A stretch of 64,000 nucleotides of DNA from Candidatus Cloacimonadales bacterium (GCA_963674825.1 OY771587.1:1568001-1632000); one strand, 5' to 3'. Positions 51,846 through 60,018 are shown, numbered from the stretch's first letter. Program-made: numbers and translations. The notes: generated from the sequence alone by a model not told the origin.

Positions 51846-53291
51846 ATGAACGAGCGCGCATTATACTTAATTCACCCGCTGGGCGAAAACTGGATGCCTG
51901 GCGAAATCGATATGTCACGGGTGGCGAACATCATGCCACCGCTGGGCCTGTGCAGCATTTCCGCATGGATGGAGCAGCACGGCTGGCAAACCGAAATCTA
52001 TGATTGCTACGCCTTCCCGGGCGACGATAAACGACTTTTCCAGCAACTCGAACGCGATAAACCCATGTGGATCGGCTTCAGCACCACCACATCCAGTTTC
52101 CCGGACGCGATCCGTCTGGCGAACCACTGTCGCGAGATCCTGCCTGAAGCGAAGATCGTCTTCGGTGGTGTGCATGTTTCCGCACTACGAGAACAACTGA
52201 TGAACGAATTCTACGTCATCGATTACTGCGTGGTGGGCGAAGGCGAACAGACGCTGCTCGAACTGGTCGAATGCAACGACGAGGATCTTTCGCACATTCA
52301 AGGACTCATCTGGCGCGACGGCCACGAGGTGATCTTCAATGGTCATCGCGAAAAGCTGCTCGACCTCGATACCCTTCCGATCCCGTCATACAACAAGCTT
52401 CATGGCTTCCCCGAGGCTTACAAGCTACCGATTTTCAACTATCCCAAGGCCCCCGGAACGACCATCATCACCAGTCGCGGGTGCCCCTTCCGATGCTCCT
52501 ATTGCGATCGCTCGGTGTTCCAGAGCTCGTATCGCTACAACTCCGCAGACTACATCCTCAAGATGATGCAATACTTGCACGACACCTACGGGATGCGGCA
52601 CGTGAACATCTACGACGATACTTTCACGCTCCAACGCAAGCGGATCGAGGAATTTTGCCACAAGAAGATCGCCTCCGGACTCAAGATGACCTTCAATTGC
52701 GCCGCACGCGCGGAGCAGGTCGATCCCGAACTGCTCAAGCTGTTGAAGAAAGCCGGGTGCTGGATGATCAGCCTCGGCATCGAGACTGGCGATCCAGACC
52801 TACTCAGAAAGCATCGCTACTACGGTGGGAAAATACCCGAGGACGCTCTGCAGATGAATCGCGACGCCGTAAAAATGATCCGCAAGGCCGGTATCCGCGC
52901 CAAGGGTCTCTTCATGCTGGGACTTCCCGGCGAGACGGATGAGAGCATCGAACGCAGCATCCGCTACGTGCTGAGCCTGCCGCTGGATGACTTCAATCTG
53001 GCCAAGTTCACTCCATTCCCGGGATCACCCGCCTACCAGACGATCCACGAATTTGGCGAGTTCGACGAAGACTGGTCGCTCATGAACGCGCTCAATTTCG
53101 TTTTCGTGGCGCATGGCTTCACCAAAGAACGCCTGGAAGCGCGCCACCGGGAGTTTTATCGCCGCTACTATCAGCGCCATAAAGTGATGTGGAACTACGT
53201 CACCATGCTGTGGAAATCACCCGATAGCTGGCGAAGATTCCTGAAAGACCTCTCCGTCTTCCTCAGCTTCCGCAAGCAGTACGAGAAGTAG
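51846..53291 (+). CDS. Cobalamin-binding radical SAM protein 3 (class B methyltransferase-like)
   Basis: PPLGL, FGGVH, GEGE, TSRGCPFRCSYC, DDTF, GIETG, FMLGLPGET, TPFPGS. Confidence 0.9.
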   Translation: MNERALYLIHPLGENWMPGEIDMSRVANIMPPLGLCSISAWMEQHGWQTEIYDCYAFPGDDKRLFQQLERDKPMWIGFSTTTSSFPDAIRLANHCREILPEAKIVFGGVHVSALREQLMNEFYVIDYCVVGEGEQTLLELVECNDEDLSHIQGLIWRDGHEVIFNGHREKLLDLDTLPIPSYNKLHGFPEAYKLPIFNYPKAPGTTIITSRGCPFRCSYCDRSVFQSSYRYNSADYILKMMQYLHDTYGMRHVNIYDDTFTLQRKRIEEFCHKKIASGLKMTFNCAARAEQVDPELLKLLKKAGCWMISLGIETGDPDLLRKHRYYGGKIPEDALQMNRDAVKMIRKAGIRAKGLFMLGLPGETDESIERSIRYVLSLPLDDFNLAKFTPFPGSPAYQTIHEFGEFDEDWSLMNALNFVFVAHGFTKERLEARHREFYRRYYQRHKVMWNYVTMLWKSPDSWRRFLKDLSVFLSFRKQYEK

Positions 53292-53295
53292 TAAA

Positions 53296-54570
53296 ATGAG
53301 TGCATCTGACATCCGAATCCTGATCGTGATCCCGGTTTACAACAACGCCGCTACGATCGCGGACGTGGCCCGACGCGCCATGCAAACCGGCTATCCGGTA
53401 CTGGTCGTCGATGATGGCTGTACGGATGGGGGGATAGAGAAGTTACGAGTTACAAGTAACGAGTTACAGAGTGATAACCCCCCTTTATCCCCCCTTGTCA
53501 GGGGGGTGAGAGAGGATTCTCCGTGCCCTCGCCCGTTTACGGAAGAGGGATGGGGTGAGGGTCTCATTATCACTGGATTCGAGCAGAATCGCGGTAAAGG
53601 CGCTGCCATCATGGAAGGCAATCGTTGGGCGATGGAGCATGGTTTCACGCACATCCTGACCATCGACGCCGACGGACAGCACCATCCCGAAGAGATCCCG
53701 CAATTCGTCGAAGCAGCTACTCGTTCTCCCCTATCTATCGTGATCGGAACCCGGGATTTCAACAGCGATGACGTCCCCGGATCGAGCAAATTCGGGCGTA
53801 AATTCTCCAACTTCTGGATCCGCGTCTGCACCGGGCAATCTGTCTCCGATAGCCAGAGTGGCTACCGTGTCTATCCCTGCGAAGCGCTTGAGCTATTGAA
53901 AATTAAAGGCCGACGATACAACTTCGAGGTGGAAGTTATCGTGCGCGCCATCTGGGCGGGACTGGAGATCAGCGAAGTACCGATCAAGGTCGAATACGCA
54001 GACCGCGTCACCCATTTCCATCCTTTCAAGGACAACGCCCGAATCTCTTGGACATACACCCGCCTGGTACTGCGAAACTTCCTGCCGTTACCGCACAAGC
54101 TGCTCTTCGGCAAGAAGCGCGAGAACCAGTTCAAGCTTTACCTGACCAATCCCTGGAAGACGCTCAAGATGCTCTTCACCGAACGCCTGGCTCCATCCGA
54201 ACTGGCGCTGGCAGTGGGTACCGGCGTCTTTCTGGCGACGTTTCCGCTGATCGGTTTCCACGGCGTAGCCATCGTATTCGTCGCCACACGTATCAAGGTA
54301 AACCGGCTTGTAGCACTCAGTATGAACCATTTTTGCGGCCCACCATTCGTTCCGGCACTCTCCATACTGATCGGATACTATGTGCGCAACGGACGCTTCC
54401 TAACCGAATTTACCTGGGAGACGCTTGGCCATCAGATCTTACAGCGATTAGGTGATTACATTGTCGGCTCGGCGGTTCTAGCGCCATTTCTGGCCATAGC
54501 ATCCGGTTTGAGCATCATGGGCGCGACATGGCTCTACCAGAAGATCACGCGACGAGGCAGCAATGTCTGA
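53296..54570 (+). CDS. GT2 glycosyltransferase fused to a DUF2062-like membrane domain
   Basis: VIPVYN, VDDG, NRGKG, DADGQH, DSQSGYR; hydrophobic C-terminal domain starting ELALAVGTGVF. Confidence 0.85.
   Translation: MSASDIRILIVIPVYNNAATIADVARRAMQTGYPVLVVDDGCTDGGIEKLRVTSNELQSDNPPLSPLVRGVREDSPCPRPFTEEGWGEGLIITGFEQNRGKGAAIMEGNRWAMEHGFTHILTIDADGQHHPEEIPQFVEAATRSPLSIVIGTRDFNSDDVPGSSKFGRKFSNFWIRVCTGQSVSDSQSGYRVYPCEALELLKIKGRRYNFEVEVIVRAIWAGLEISEVPIKVEYADRVTHFHPFKDNARISWTYTRLVLRNFLPLPHKLLFGKKRENQFKLYLTNPWKTLKMLFTERLAPSELALAVGTGVFLATFPLIGFHGVAIVFVATRIKVNRLVALSMNHFCGPPFVPALSILIGYYVRNGRFLTEFTWETLGHQILQRLGDYIVGSAVLAPFLAIASGLSIMGATWLYQKITRRGSNV
53441..53561. repeat. Composite repeat insert within the GT2 gene: 4 x heptamer (AGTWACR) plus two purine/pyrimidine palindromes
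   Basis: AGTTACG AGTTACA AGTAACG AGTTACA (53441-53468); CCCCCCTTTATCCCCCCT-TGTC-AGGGGGG (53478-53506); CCCTCGCCCGTTTACGGAAGAGGGATGGGGTGAGGG (53526-53561). Confidence 0.75.
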
Positions 54571-55462
54571 ACGAAAGAAATCACCAAATTACGGCGGAAA
54601 ACTGGGCTACGGATTCTTCCATATTCTTATACGGCTGCTGGGACCTTATCCGGCATACTTTTTCGCAGCATTTATAATACCGTATTACCTTGTAAAAGTG
54701 TGGCTTACTCAGTCATCTCCTCGATTTTACCTTGAGCACAGGTTCCCAAAAAAGTCAAAACTCGCGCGGTTTTTTCTGGGTAGTAAACACATCTACGAGT
54801 TCTCAAAAATACTGATCGATCAGGCCTGCATGGGCATCCTCGGTCCGGGAAAATTCAAGATCGAATTTACCCACTGGAACGCCCTCTACGAGCTTTCGAA
54901 GGAAGAAAAAGGCATGGTGCTTCTGACAAGTCATTGCGGAACCTGGCTCGCCGCCATGGCATCCATGGATCACCTGGAGAAGCCGGTCAATTTTCTCCTG
55001 CGCTTGCAAGAGCACGACCGCGGCAAATATTTCTTTGATCTCGCGCGGGAAAAGGGGATCAAGATCATTTCACCCGACGGTATGTTCGGTGGATTGGTGG
55101 AATCGATCAACATGCTTCAGAAAGGTGAATGCGTGTCCATCATGGGTGACCGTGCCTGGGGAGCCCGTACAAAAGACACGAAGTTTCTGGGCGAGGACGC
55201 CGCATTTCCCATCACACCCTACTATCTTTCGGTGACCGGCGAAGCAAGGCTGGTGATGTTTCTGACCGTGCGTACAGGGCCGCTCTCGTTCCGTATCGAC
55301 CACTACGTACTCACAGACGAGATTGACCAGAATCTGCAAAAGGACGCCAAGCTCGACGCCCTCATGAGGCGATACGTTGATCATCTGGAAGAATACGTAA
55401 CCAGTTATCCGTTCATGTGGCTCAATTTCTTCGATTTCTGGAGCGAGGATAAGACGTCTTAA
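54563..55462 (+). CDS. LpxL/HtrB-like (lipid A-type) acyltransferase
   Basis: N-terminal membrane segment, LLTSHCGTW, IMGDR, FLGEDAAFP, YPFMWLNFFDFW. Confidence 0.8.
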   Translation: MSERKKSPNYGGKLGYGFFHILIRLLGPYPAYFFAAFIIPYYLVKVWLTQSSPRFYLEHRFPKKSKLARFFLGSKHIYEFSKILIDQACMGILGPGKFKIEFTHWNALYELSKEEKGMVLLTSHCGTWLAAMASMDHLEKPVNFLLRLQEHDRGKYFFDLAREKGIKIISPDGMFGGLVESINMLQKGECVSIMGDRAWGARTKDTKFLGEDAAFPITPYYLSVTGEARLVMFLTVRTGPLSFRIDHYVLTDEIDQNLQKDAKLDALMRRYVDHLEEYVTSYPFMWLNFFDFWSEDKTS

Positions 55463-55482
55463 ATTGTTCATCGTACGAAAAC

Positions 55483-55508
55483 AAAAAAGGCGATCCCTAA
55501 GGACCGCC
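55483..55508 (-). terminator. Rho-independent terminator, strongest on the minus strand
   Basis: Minus strand GGCGGTCC-TTAG-GGATCGCC-TTTTTT. Confidence 0.7.
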
Positions 55509-55536
55509 CTTCGAATATCAGAATCAAATCGAAAAT

Positions 55537-55656
55537 CTAACTATCGGATTTCTTTTCCTTTGATGTTTTCTTCGGCTTTTCCTTTGTACTCTCTTTGGGG
55601 AGGTTCGGTTTTGCATTCGGCTTAGGAGCTATTGAGTAATCTGACAAAACGATCAT
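55537..55656 (-). CDS. Small Lys-rich protein (39 aa), below the ORF-track cut-off
   Basis: MIVLSDYSIAPKPNAKPNLPKESTKEKPKKTSKEKKSDS*; strong SD AAGGAGGTG just upstream; terminator downstream. Confidence 0.55.
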   Translation of the reverse strand: MIVLSDYSIAPKPNAKPNLPKESTKEKPKKTSKEKKSDS

Positions 55657-55811
55657 AACACCTCCTTATAGTGTGATGTGCTACCAATAATATAACACCG
55701 AATATTGGAAATGCGTTACGGAATTTTGCTCAATTTTCTTGCTACCGAACGCAACTCTTTTGCTTTGATACCCTTATATCGGCAAATTAATTTATCGCTT
55801 GAATTGAATCC

Positions 55812-57059
55812 TTAGAATGGGAAATTGTCCTGCCCGTTTGATGAAATTTTCGCCAGATCTTTTCGAATTTCCTCCATCTGACTTCTGAAGCGTTTAAGCT
55901 TATCACCTTCAAGTTTCTGAGCGCCGACCATGCGAAGGTTTTTCGGGTTGATCCACTTTCCATTTTTCTGAAGACCGAAGTGAAGATGAGGTGCTTGAGA
56001 ATAGCCAGTATTGCCTGCCAGACCTATTTTCGTACCCTTCTTGACCACCTGTCCCTTGCGTACAAATACTTTGCTCAGGTGCGCGTAATGCGTCAGCATA
56101 TCGTTATGCTTGATGCGGACTTCCTTGCCATTGCCACCATTTGGTCCTGCACTGACGATTCTTCCCGCAGCAACTGCGTAAACTGGCGTTCCAGTACGGG
56201 CACGGAGATCCATACCGAGGTGCATCTTCCACTTGCGTGAGATGGGATGGATACGCTTGCCGAACGGTGAAGTGACATGCATGTAGTCCAGTGGCGTACG
56301 TACCGCGTTGTGAACCAGCGCTTTTCCTTCGGTGCTATACATGCCGTTGAGCGCGGATGAAACATCGTCGTCCGTGTAGCGGAAGGCTTCCTTGAACTTG
56401 GCAACCTTTCCTTCGTAAGAGGCATAAATCAGCTTGGCTCGCGGGAGTTTTTCGCCATGGAAGAAGCGTTCCTTCACCAGCACATGAAACACGTCGCCCT
56501 TACGTGTATCGGTCTGGAAGCTGATGGATGCTTCCAGCGCGTTGTTGACCTCCTGCTTGACGGACGCCTCCAGGCCAGCACCAAGCAGCGCAGCATCGAG
56601 CGTGTTTTCCACTTCGCCGGTGACCAGACGAAATTCTTCATCCACCGGCTCTTCGATGTATCCATAGGCAAGCGAATCACCCACATTATACATGATGTGT
56701 GATGTAGTGAGATCGGGTTTATAGATGATTTCTTCAACTGTCGCGCCGTCCGTGGCAAACTTCACCTTCAGCGAATCGCCCGGCTGGATGGTGCTGATAT
56801 CTACATACTCACCCATGAAGATGGTGAAATCGGCAACCGCCTCGATGGTGACGCCCATTTCGGTAAGCACCTGATAGATGCTTTCGCCCTTCTCGATTTC
56901 TTTCATAATGTAAGTCGGTTCCGGGACGTAGGTATTTTCCATCTGGATAACTTCTGGTTCGGATGTGTTATTAGCGCTGCATTTTATGAGCATAACCATG
57001 AACATTACGGCGATAACCGCGACGATGGCGTATAATCCTAATTTCTTATATTTCATCAT
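55812..57059 (-). CDS. M23 family peptidoglycan endopeptidase (MepM-like)
   Basis: N-terminal TM; TSPFGKRIHP, HLGMD (HxxxD), YAHLS, PHLHF (HxH). Confidence 0.92.
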   Translation of the reverse strand: MMKYKKLGLYAIVAVIAVMFMVMLIKCSANNTSEPEVIQMENTYVPEPTYIMKEIEKGESIYQVLTEMGVTIEAVADFTIFMGEYVDISTIQPGDSLKVKFATDGATVEEIIYKPDLTTSHIMYNVGDSLAYGYIEEPVDEEFRLVTGEVENTLDAALLGAGLEASVKQEVNNALEASISFQTDTRKGDVFHVLVKERFFHGEKLPRAKLIYASYEGKVAKFKEAFRYTDDDVSSALNGMYSTEGKALVHNAVRTPLDYMHVTSPFGKRIHPISRKWKMHLGMDLRARTGTPVYAVAAGRIVSAGPNGGNGKEVRIKHNDMLTHYAHLSKVFVRKGQVVKKGTKIGLAGNTGYSQAPHLHFGLQKNGKWINPKNLRMVGAQKLEGDKLKRFRSQMEEIRKDLAKISSNGQDNFPF

Positions 57060-57348
57060 GATAAAGCCTTTCAAACATATTTTCACAGGATAAGGTTCTT
57101 CAATTTAATTCCATTTTTTGCAGTAAGAAACAGACTGTCAAATAAAGAATGGAGAAAGAACAGGCAGGAGTGCTTGCGTTCCAAAAGAAAAGAGGCTGCC
57201 GCGGCGAAGGTTGGGGGGTATGGTGGATAGGGGATTTCATGTCGGCGTCTTGAGAAAATATGTCGAGGAGGATCTTCCAAAACATGAGACCGACGATGAG
57301 CTTCGCGTTAGCAACCTCAGACTATGTAAAGGATCTGATGTTTCATTA

Positions 57349-57364
57349 TGCAAGCTTCATGCCA
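57349..57364 (-). promoter_or_regulatory. sigma54 (-24/-12) promoter motif
   Basis: Minus strand TGGCATGAAGCTTGCA: GG-N10-GC, close match to TGGCAC-N5-TTGCW, in an intergenic AT-rich context. Confidence 0.6.
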
Positions 57365-57505
57365 TATATATATAATCAATAATAGCAGAATGATACGTAC
57401 TTTGTCGTTATATTAAAATCGTCGGATGACGAACGGGATGTGTTCGATGGTGAACACCAGAGAGAATAATACTTATGCTGAAGTAGAATAGCCTGTAATA
57501 TTCGC

Positions 57506-57538
57506 AAAAAAGGGAAGAGGTATGCTTCTTCCCTTTTT
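57506..57538. terminator. Rho-independent terminator closing the TetR operon
   Basis: AAAAAAGGGAAGA...TCTTCCCTTTTT inverted repeat. Confidence 0.8.
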
Positions 57539-57586
57539 ATTATGAGCATGCAATCAGGACCCGAGGATTATCCTGCCTGCAAACCA

Positions 57587-58546
57587 CTACTCGTTTCTCA
57601 CAAGCCTGAACCCAATATATCCACCCGATTGATGCGGCCAACTGCTGTACCGAACAGCAACCCGAACATAGTGCTGTCCGTCTGTCCAGTCACCTCCACG
57701 CAATACGTGCCAGGAACCTTCCTCCGGCCCCATCGGGTTGTCTTGGGGGCTCTCCGCATAGTAGTCGGATGAAAACCAGTCCCAGCAATATTCATACACA
57801 CTGCCGCTCATATTATAGAGTTCAAGCTGATTTGGAAGCTTGCCTCCCACGGGTTGCAGCGCTCCGCCAGCGTTGAAATACCAGGCGTAATCGGGTAAAT
57901 CGGTAACATCATGGCAACCACTGTAGCGGTAGTTATCCATCCAGTTGATCCCGCCTCGCGCCGCGTATTCCCATTCAGCTTCGGTGGGCAGGCGATAACC
58001 GCTTGCATCGAAATCGCACGCAACATCACCTTCCGAAACCGTATAGCACGGCGTCAGATCAAAGGCTTCGCTCAGCCAGTTGGCAAATTCGCACGCACCA
58101 AACCATGTCATGGTGATCACCGGGCATGTTTCCATATTGACGGTATCGTTGATCTGAAACACGAATTTTTCATCCCAGGTGACTGCGCAGCGCGGATCGT
58201 TCAAATCGATCATAAGATTGCCATTCAGCATGCCATCGGACGTGACATTCTTCGCATTGAGGAATGAGACAAAGAAGAGGTGGTATTCCTCGAATTTACG
58301 CATGTAGAAGTTATCGACCGATACAGAATGCACCGGCAGTTCGTCGTCCCAACCTTCGTCGAGGTGATCGCCCATGGAATAGGTGCCGCCTTCGACGAAT
58401 ATTTCGTCCGGCTGCAAAAATGTCATGGTTTCGATTTCATCCGTATCGAAGCTCTGAGAGCCGCCGCCGGCATGAAAGACGATGGATGCAGCCGTAAGCG
58501 AAGCCCCAAGAAACAAAACAATCGAGATCAGTAGAAGTCGCATCAC
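57587..58546 (-). CDS. Secreted FGE/SUMF1-domain protein (probably non-catalytic)
   Basis: Signal peptide; VEGGTYSMG, PVHSV, GYRLPTEAEWEYAARGG, YNMSGSVYEYCWD, RGGDW...IGFRL; no catalytic Cys pair. Confidence 0.88.
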   Translation of the reverse strand: MMRLLLISIVLFLGASLTAASIVFHAGGGSQSFDTDEIETMTFLQPDEIFVEGGTYSMGDHLDEGWDDELPVHSVSVDNFYMRKFEEYHLFFVSFLNAKNVTSDGMLNGNLMIDLNDPRCAVTWDEKFVFQINDTVNMETCPVITMTWFGACEFANWLSEAFDLTPCYTVSEGDVACDFDASGYRLPTEAEWEYAARGGINWMDNYRYSGCHDVTDLPDYAWYFNAGGALQPVGGKLPNQLELYNMSGSVYEYCWDWFSSDYYAESPQDNPMGPEEGSWHVLRGGDWTDGQHYVRVAVRYSSWPHQSGGYIGFRLVRNE

Positions 58547-58554
58547 ATTGCCTC

Positions 58555-59187
58555 CTATTTTAACAGCAGCATCTTGCCGGTTGTGGACATTCCATCGGCC
58601 GTGATTCTGTAGAAATAGACACCGCTAGGCATTTGCCTGCTTTGGTCATTGCAGCCATTCCAGTGGATACGCTGCTCACCGGCCGGCAGTGTTCCGTCCA
58701 TCAGGTGCCGAACATGCGCTCCGCGAACATCGTAGATATCCGCTTTGACAGTAACCTGACTGACCAGCGACAGCAGGATATCGGTATCGGGATTGAAAGG
58801 ATTGGGATGATTCCCCAATACGGTCAGGGCTCCAGAAGGCTGCATTGTGCCATCGTCAATAGGGCTGGGATCGAAGAACGAGAGATCCATGATCGTCTTG
58901 AAGATATATTCGTCGGTCGAGCCGGACAGCAGATGCAAACGAAGTGTTGCCGTGGGATCATCAACAAAGTCAAGAAACTCGATATCAGCAAGCGCGTAAT
59001 AGTTCTCGCCGCCATCACGGAGCGTTATGCACAGATAGGCGATTCCCGGTTCGGTGAAGGTGATTTCTTCAAGCAACGCGGTATCGACCCTGCCGACATT
59101 GCCGTTTTCGAAGTTAAGGATCAACCTGTCGGCGGACAGGCTCGCCACGGACAGGGTTATAAGCAGGAAAATCAATAGGTTCTTCAT
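58555..59187 (-). CDS. Secreted protein with three ~28-aa repeats and a FlgD-Ig/T9SS-A-like C-terminal domain
   Basis: Signal peptide; tail GNHPNPFNPDT...IYDVRG..VR...WNG...SGVYFYRI...KMLLLK. Confidence 0.85.
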   Translation of the reverse strand: MKNLLIFLLITLSVASLSADRLILNFENGNVGRVDTALLEEITFTEPGIAYLCITLRDGGENYYALADIEFLDFVDDPTATLRLHLLSGSTDEYIFKTIMDLSFFDPSPIDDGTMQPSGALTVLGNHPNPFNPDTDILLSLVSQVTVKADIYDVRGAHVRHLMDGTLPAGEQRIHWNGCNDQSRQMPSGVYFYRITADGMSTTGKMLLLK

Positions 59188-59197
59188 GATTCCTCCT

Positions 59198-59809
59198 TCA
59201 TTTGTCAGCTTGAAATCCCTTCAACATATATCCGATCATCGTCGTGTATTCATTGACCGTGTAGCATTTGCTTTCCAGGCATAAAATCACCAGAGACTGT
59301 GCCGAAACGATGAAATAGTTCATCGAAAGCTTCAAATCCAGATCCTTGTTCAGGGTGCCGTCTTCCATGCCCTGCTGAAAGATCTCCCGGAAGAGGTCGC
59401 CCGATTTCCGCTGCGTATCGTAAAGCTCCTTTTTCGCTTCATCCGAGAGCTTCTCCTGATTGCGTATGATGTGTGTCATGGCATCGTGCAGTTTGATGAA
59501 CTCGGGCTGAGTCTCGTAGCAGCGATAGAGTTGCATGGCGAACGCGGTCATCTTCTCGAAAGCGGTTCCAGCTTCTTCTATAGCGCGCACATAGTCGAAA
59601 TGGCTGTTTTTCGTCGCCTTGATCAGAATCTTGATGAGCAGCTCTTCTTTGCTCGGAAAGTAGGTATAGAGCGTGGATTTGCTGATATTCACGTTTTTCG
59701 CGACCTCGTTCATGGTCGTGTTTTCGTATCCCTTTTCCACAAATAGTTGCTTGGTCGATTCGAGAATGAGATCGATCTTGATTTCGTGCAGTTTCTCTTT
59801 GACATCCAT
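59198..59809 (-). CDS. TetR/AcrR family transcriptional regulator
   Basis: LFVEKGYENTTMNEVAKNVNISKSTLYTYFPSKEEL helix-turn-helix. Confidence 0.93.
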   Translation of the reverse strand: MDVKEKLHEIKIDLILESTKQLFVEKGYENTTMNEVAKNVNISKSTLYTYFPSKEELLIKILIKATKNSHFDYVRAIEEAGTAFEKMTAFAMQLYRCYETQPEFIKLHDAMTHIIRNQEKLSDEAKKELYDTQRKSGDLFREIFQQGMEDGTLNKDLDLKLSMNYFIVSAQSLVILCLESKCYTVNEYTTMIGYMLKGFQADK

Positions 59810-59841
59810 CGTATATCCTCCATTTATAAACCATCGGTATT

Positions 59842-59868
59842 TTGACCGAACCCACGGTTCGATGTCAA
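59842..59868 (-). promoter_or_regulatory. Palindromic operator overlapping the tetR promoter
   Basis: CGAACC-CAC-GGTTCG palindrome (59847-59861) immediately downstream of a minus-strand TTGACA (59863-59868). Confidence 0.55.
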
Positions 59869-60018
59869 TCTTTATTTCTCCCTCCGGGTAGTTTTTTGTG
59901 ATTCTGCGCGTTGATCCTGAATTTATTCTTTGACATAAGTTGGTTCATTCCAGCTAATCAGCAGCAGAGACAAAAGAAAAGTAACTCGTACATTTGCCGC
60001 ACCCTACAGGAGACCCCG

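Noticed and set aside
57083..57285. ORFs of 61 and 65 aa upstream of the M23 gene
   Set aside because: No clear SD, atypical composition and they overlap a likely promoter, so they were not called as CDS.
57587..57730. FGE-domain C-terminus as a diversity-generating retroelement variable region
   Set aside because: The fold is a known DGR target type, but I found no template repeat copy and no reverse transcriptase in the window. A remote DGR cannot be excluded.
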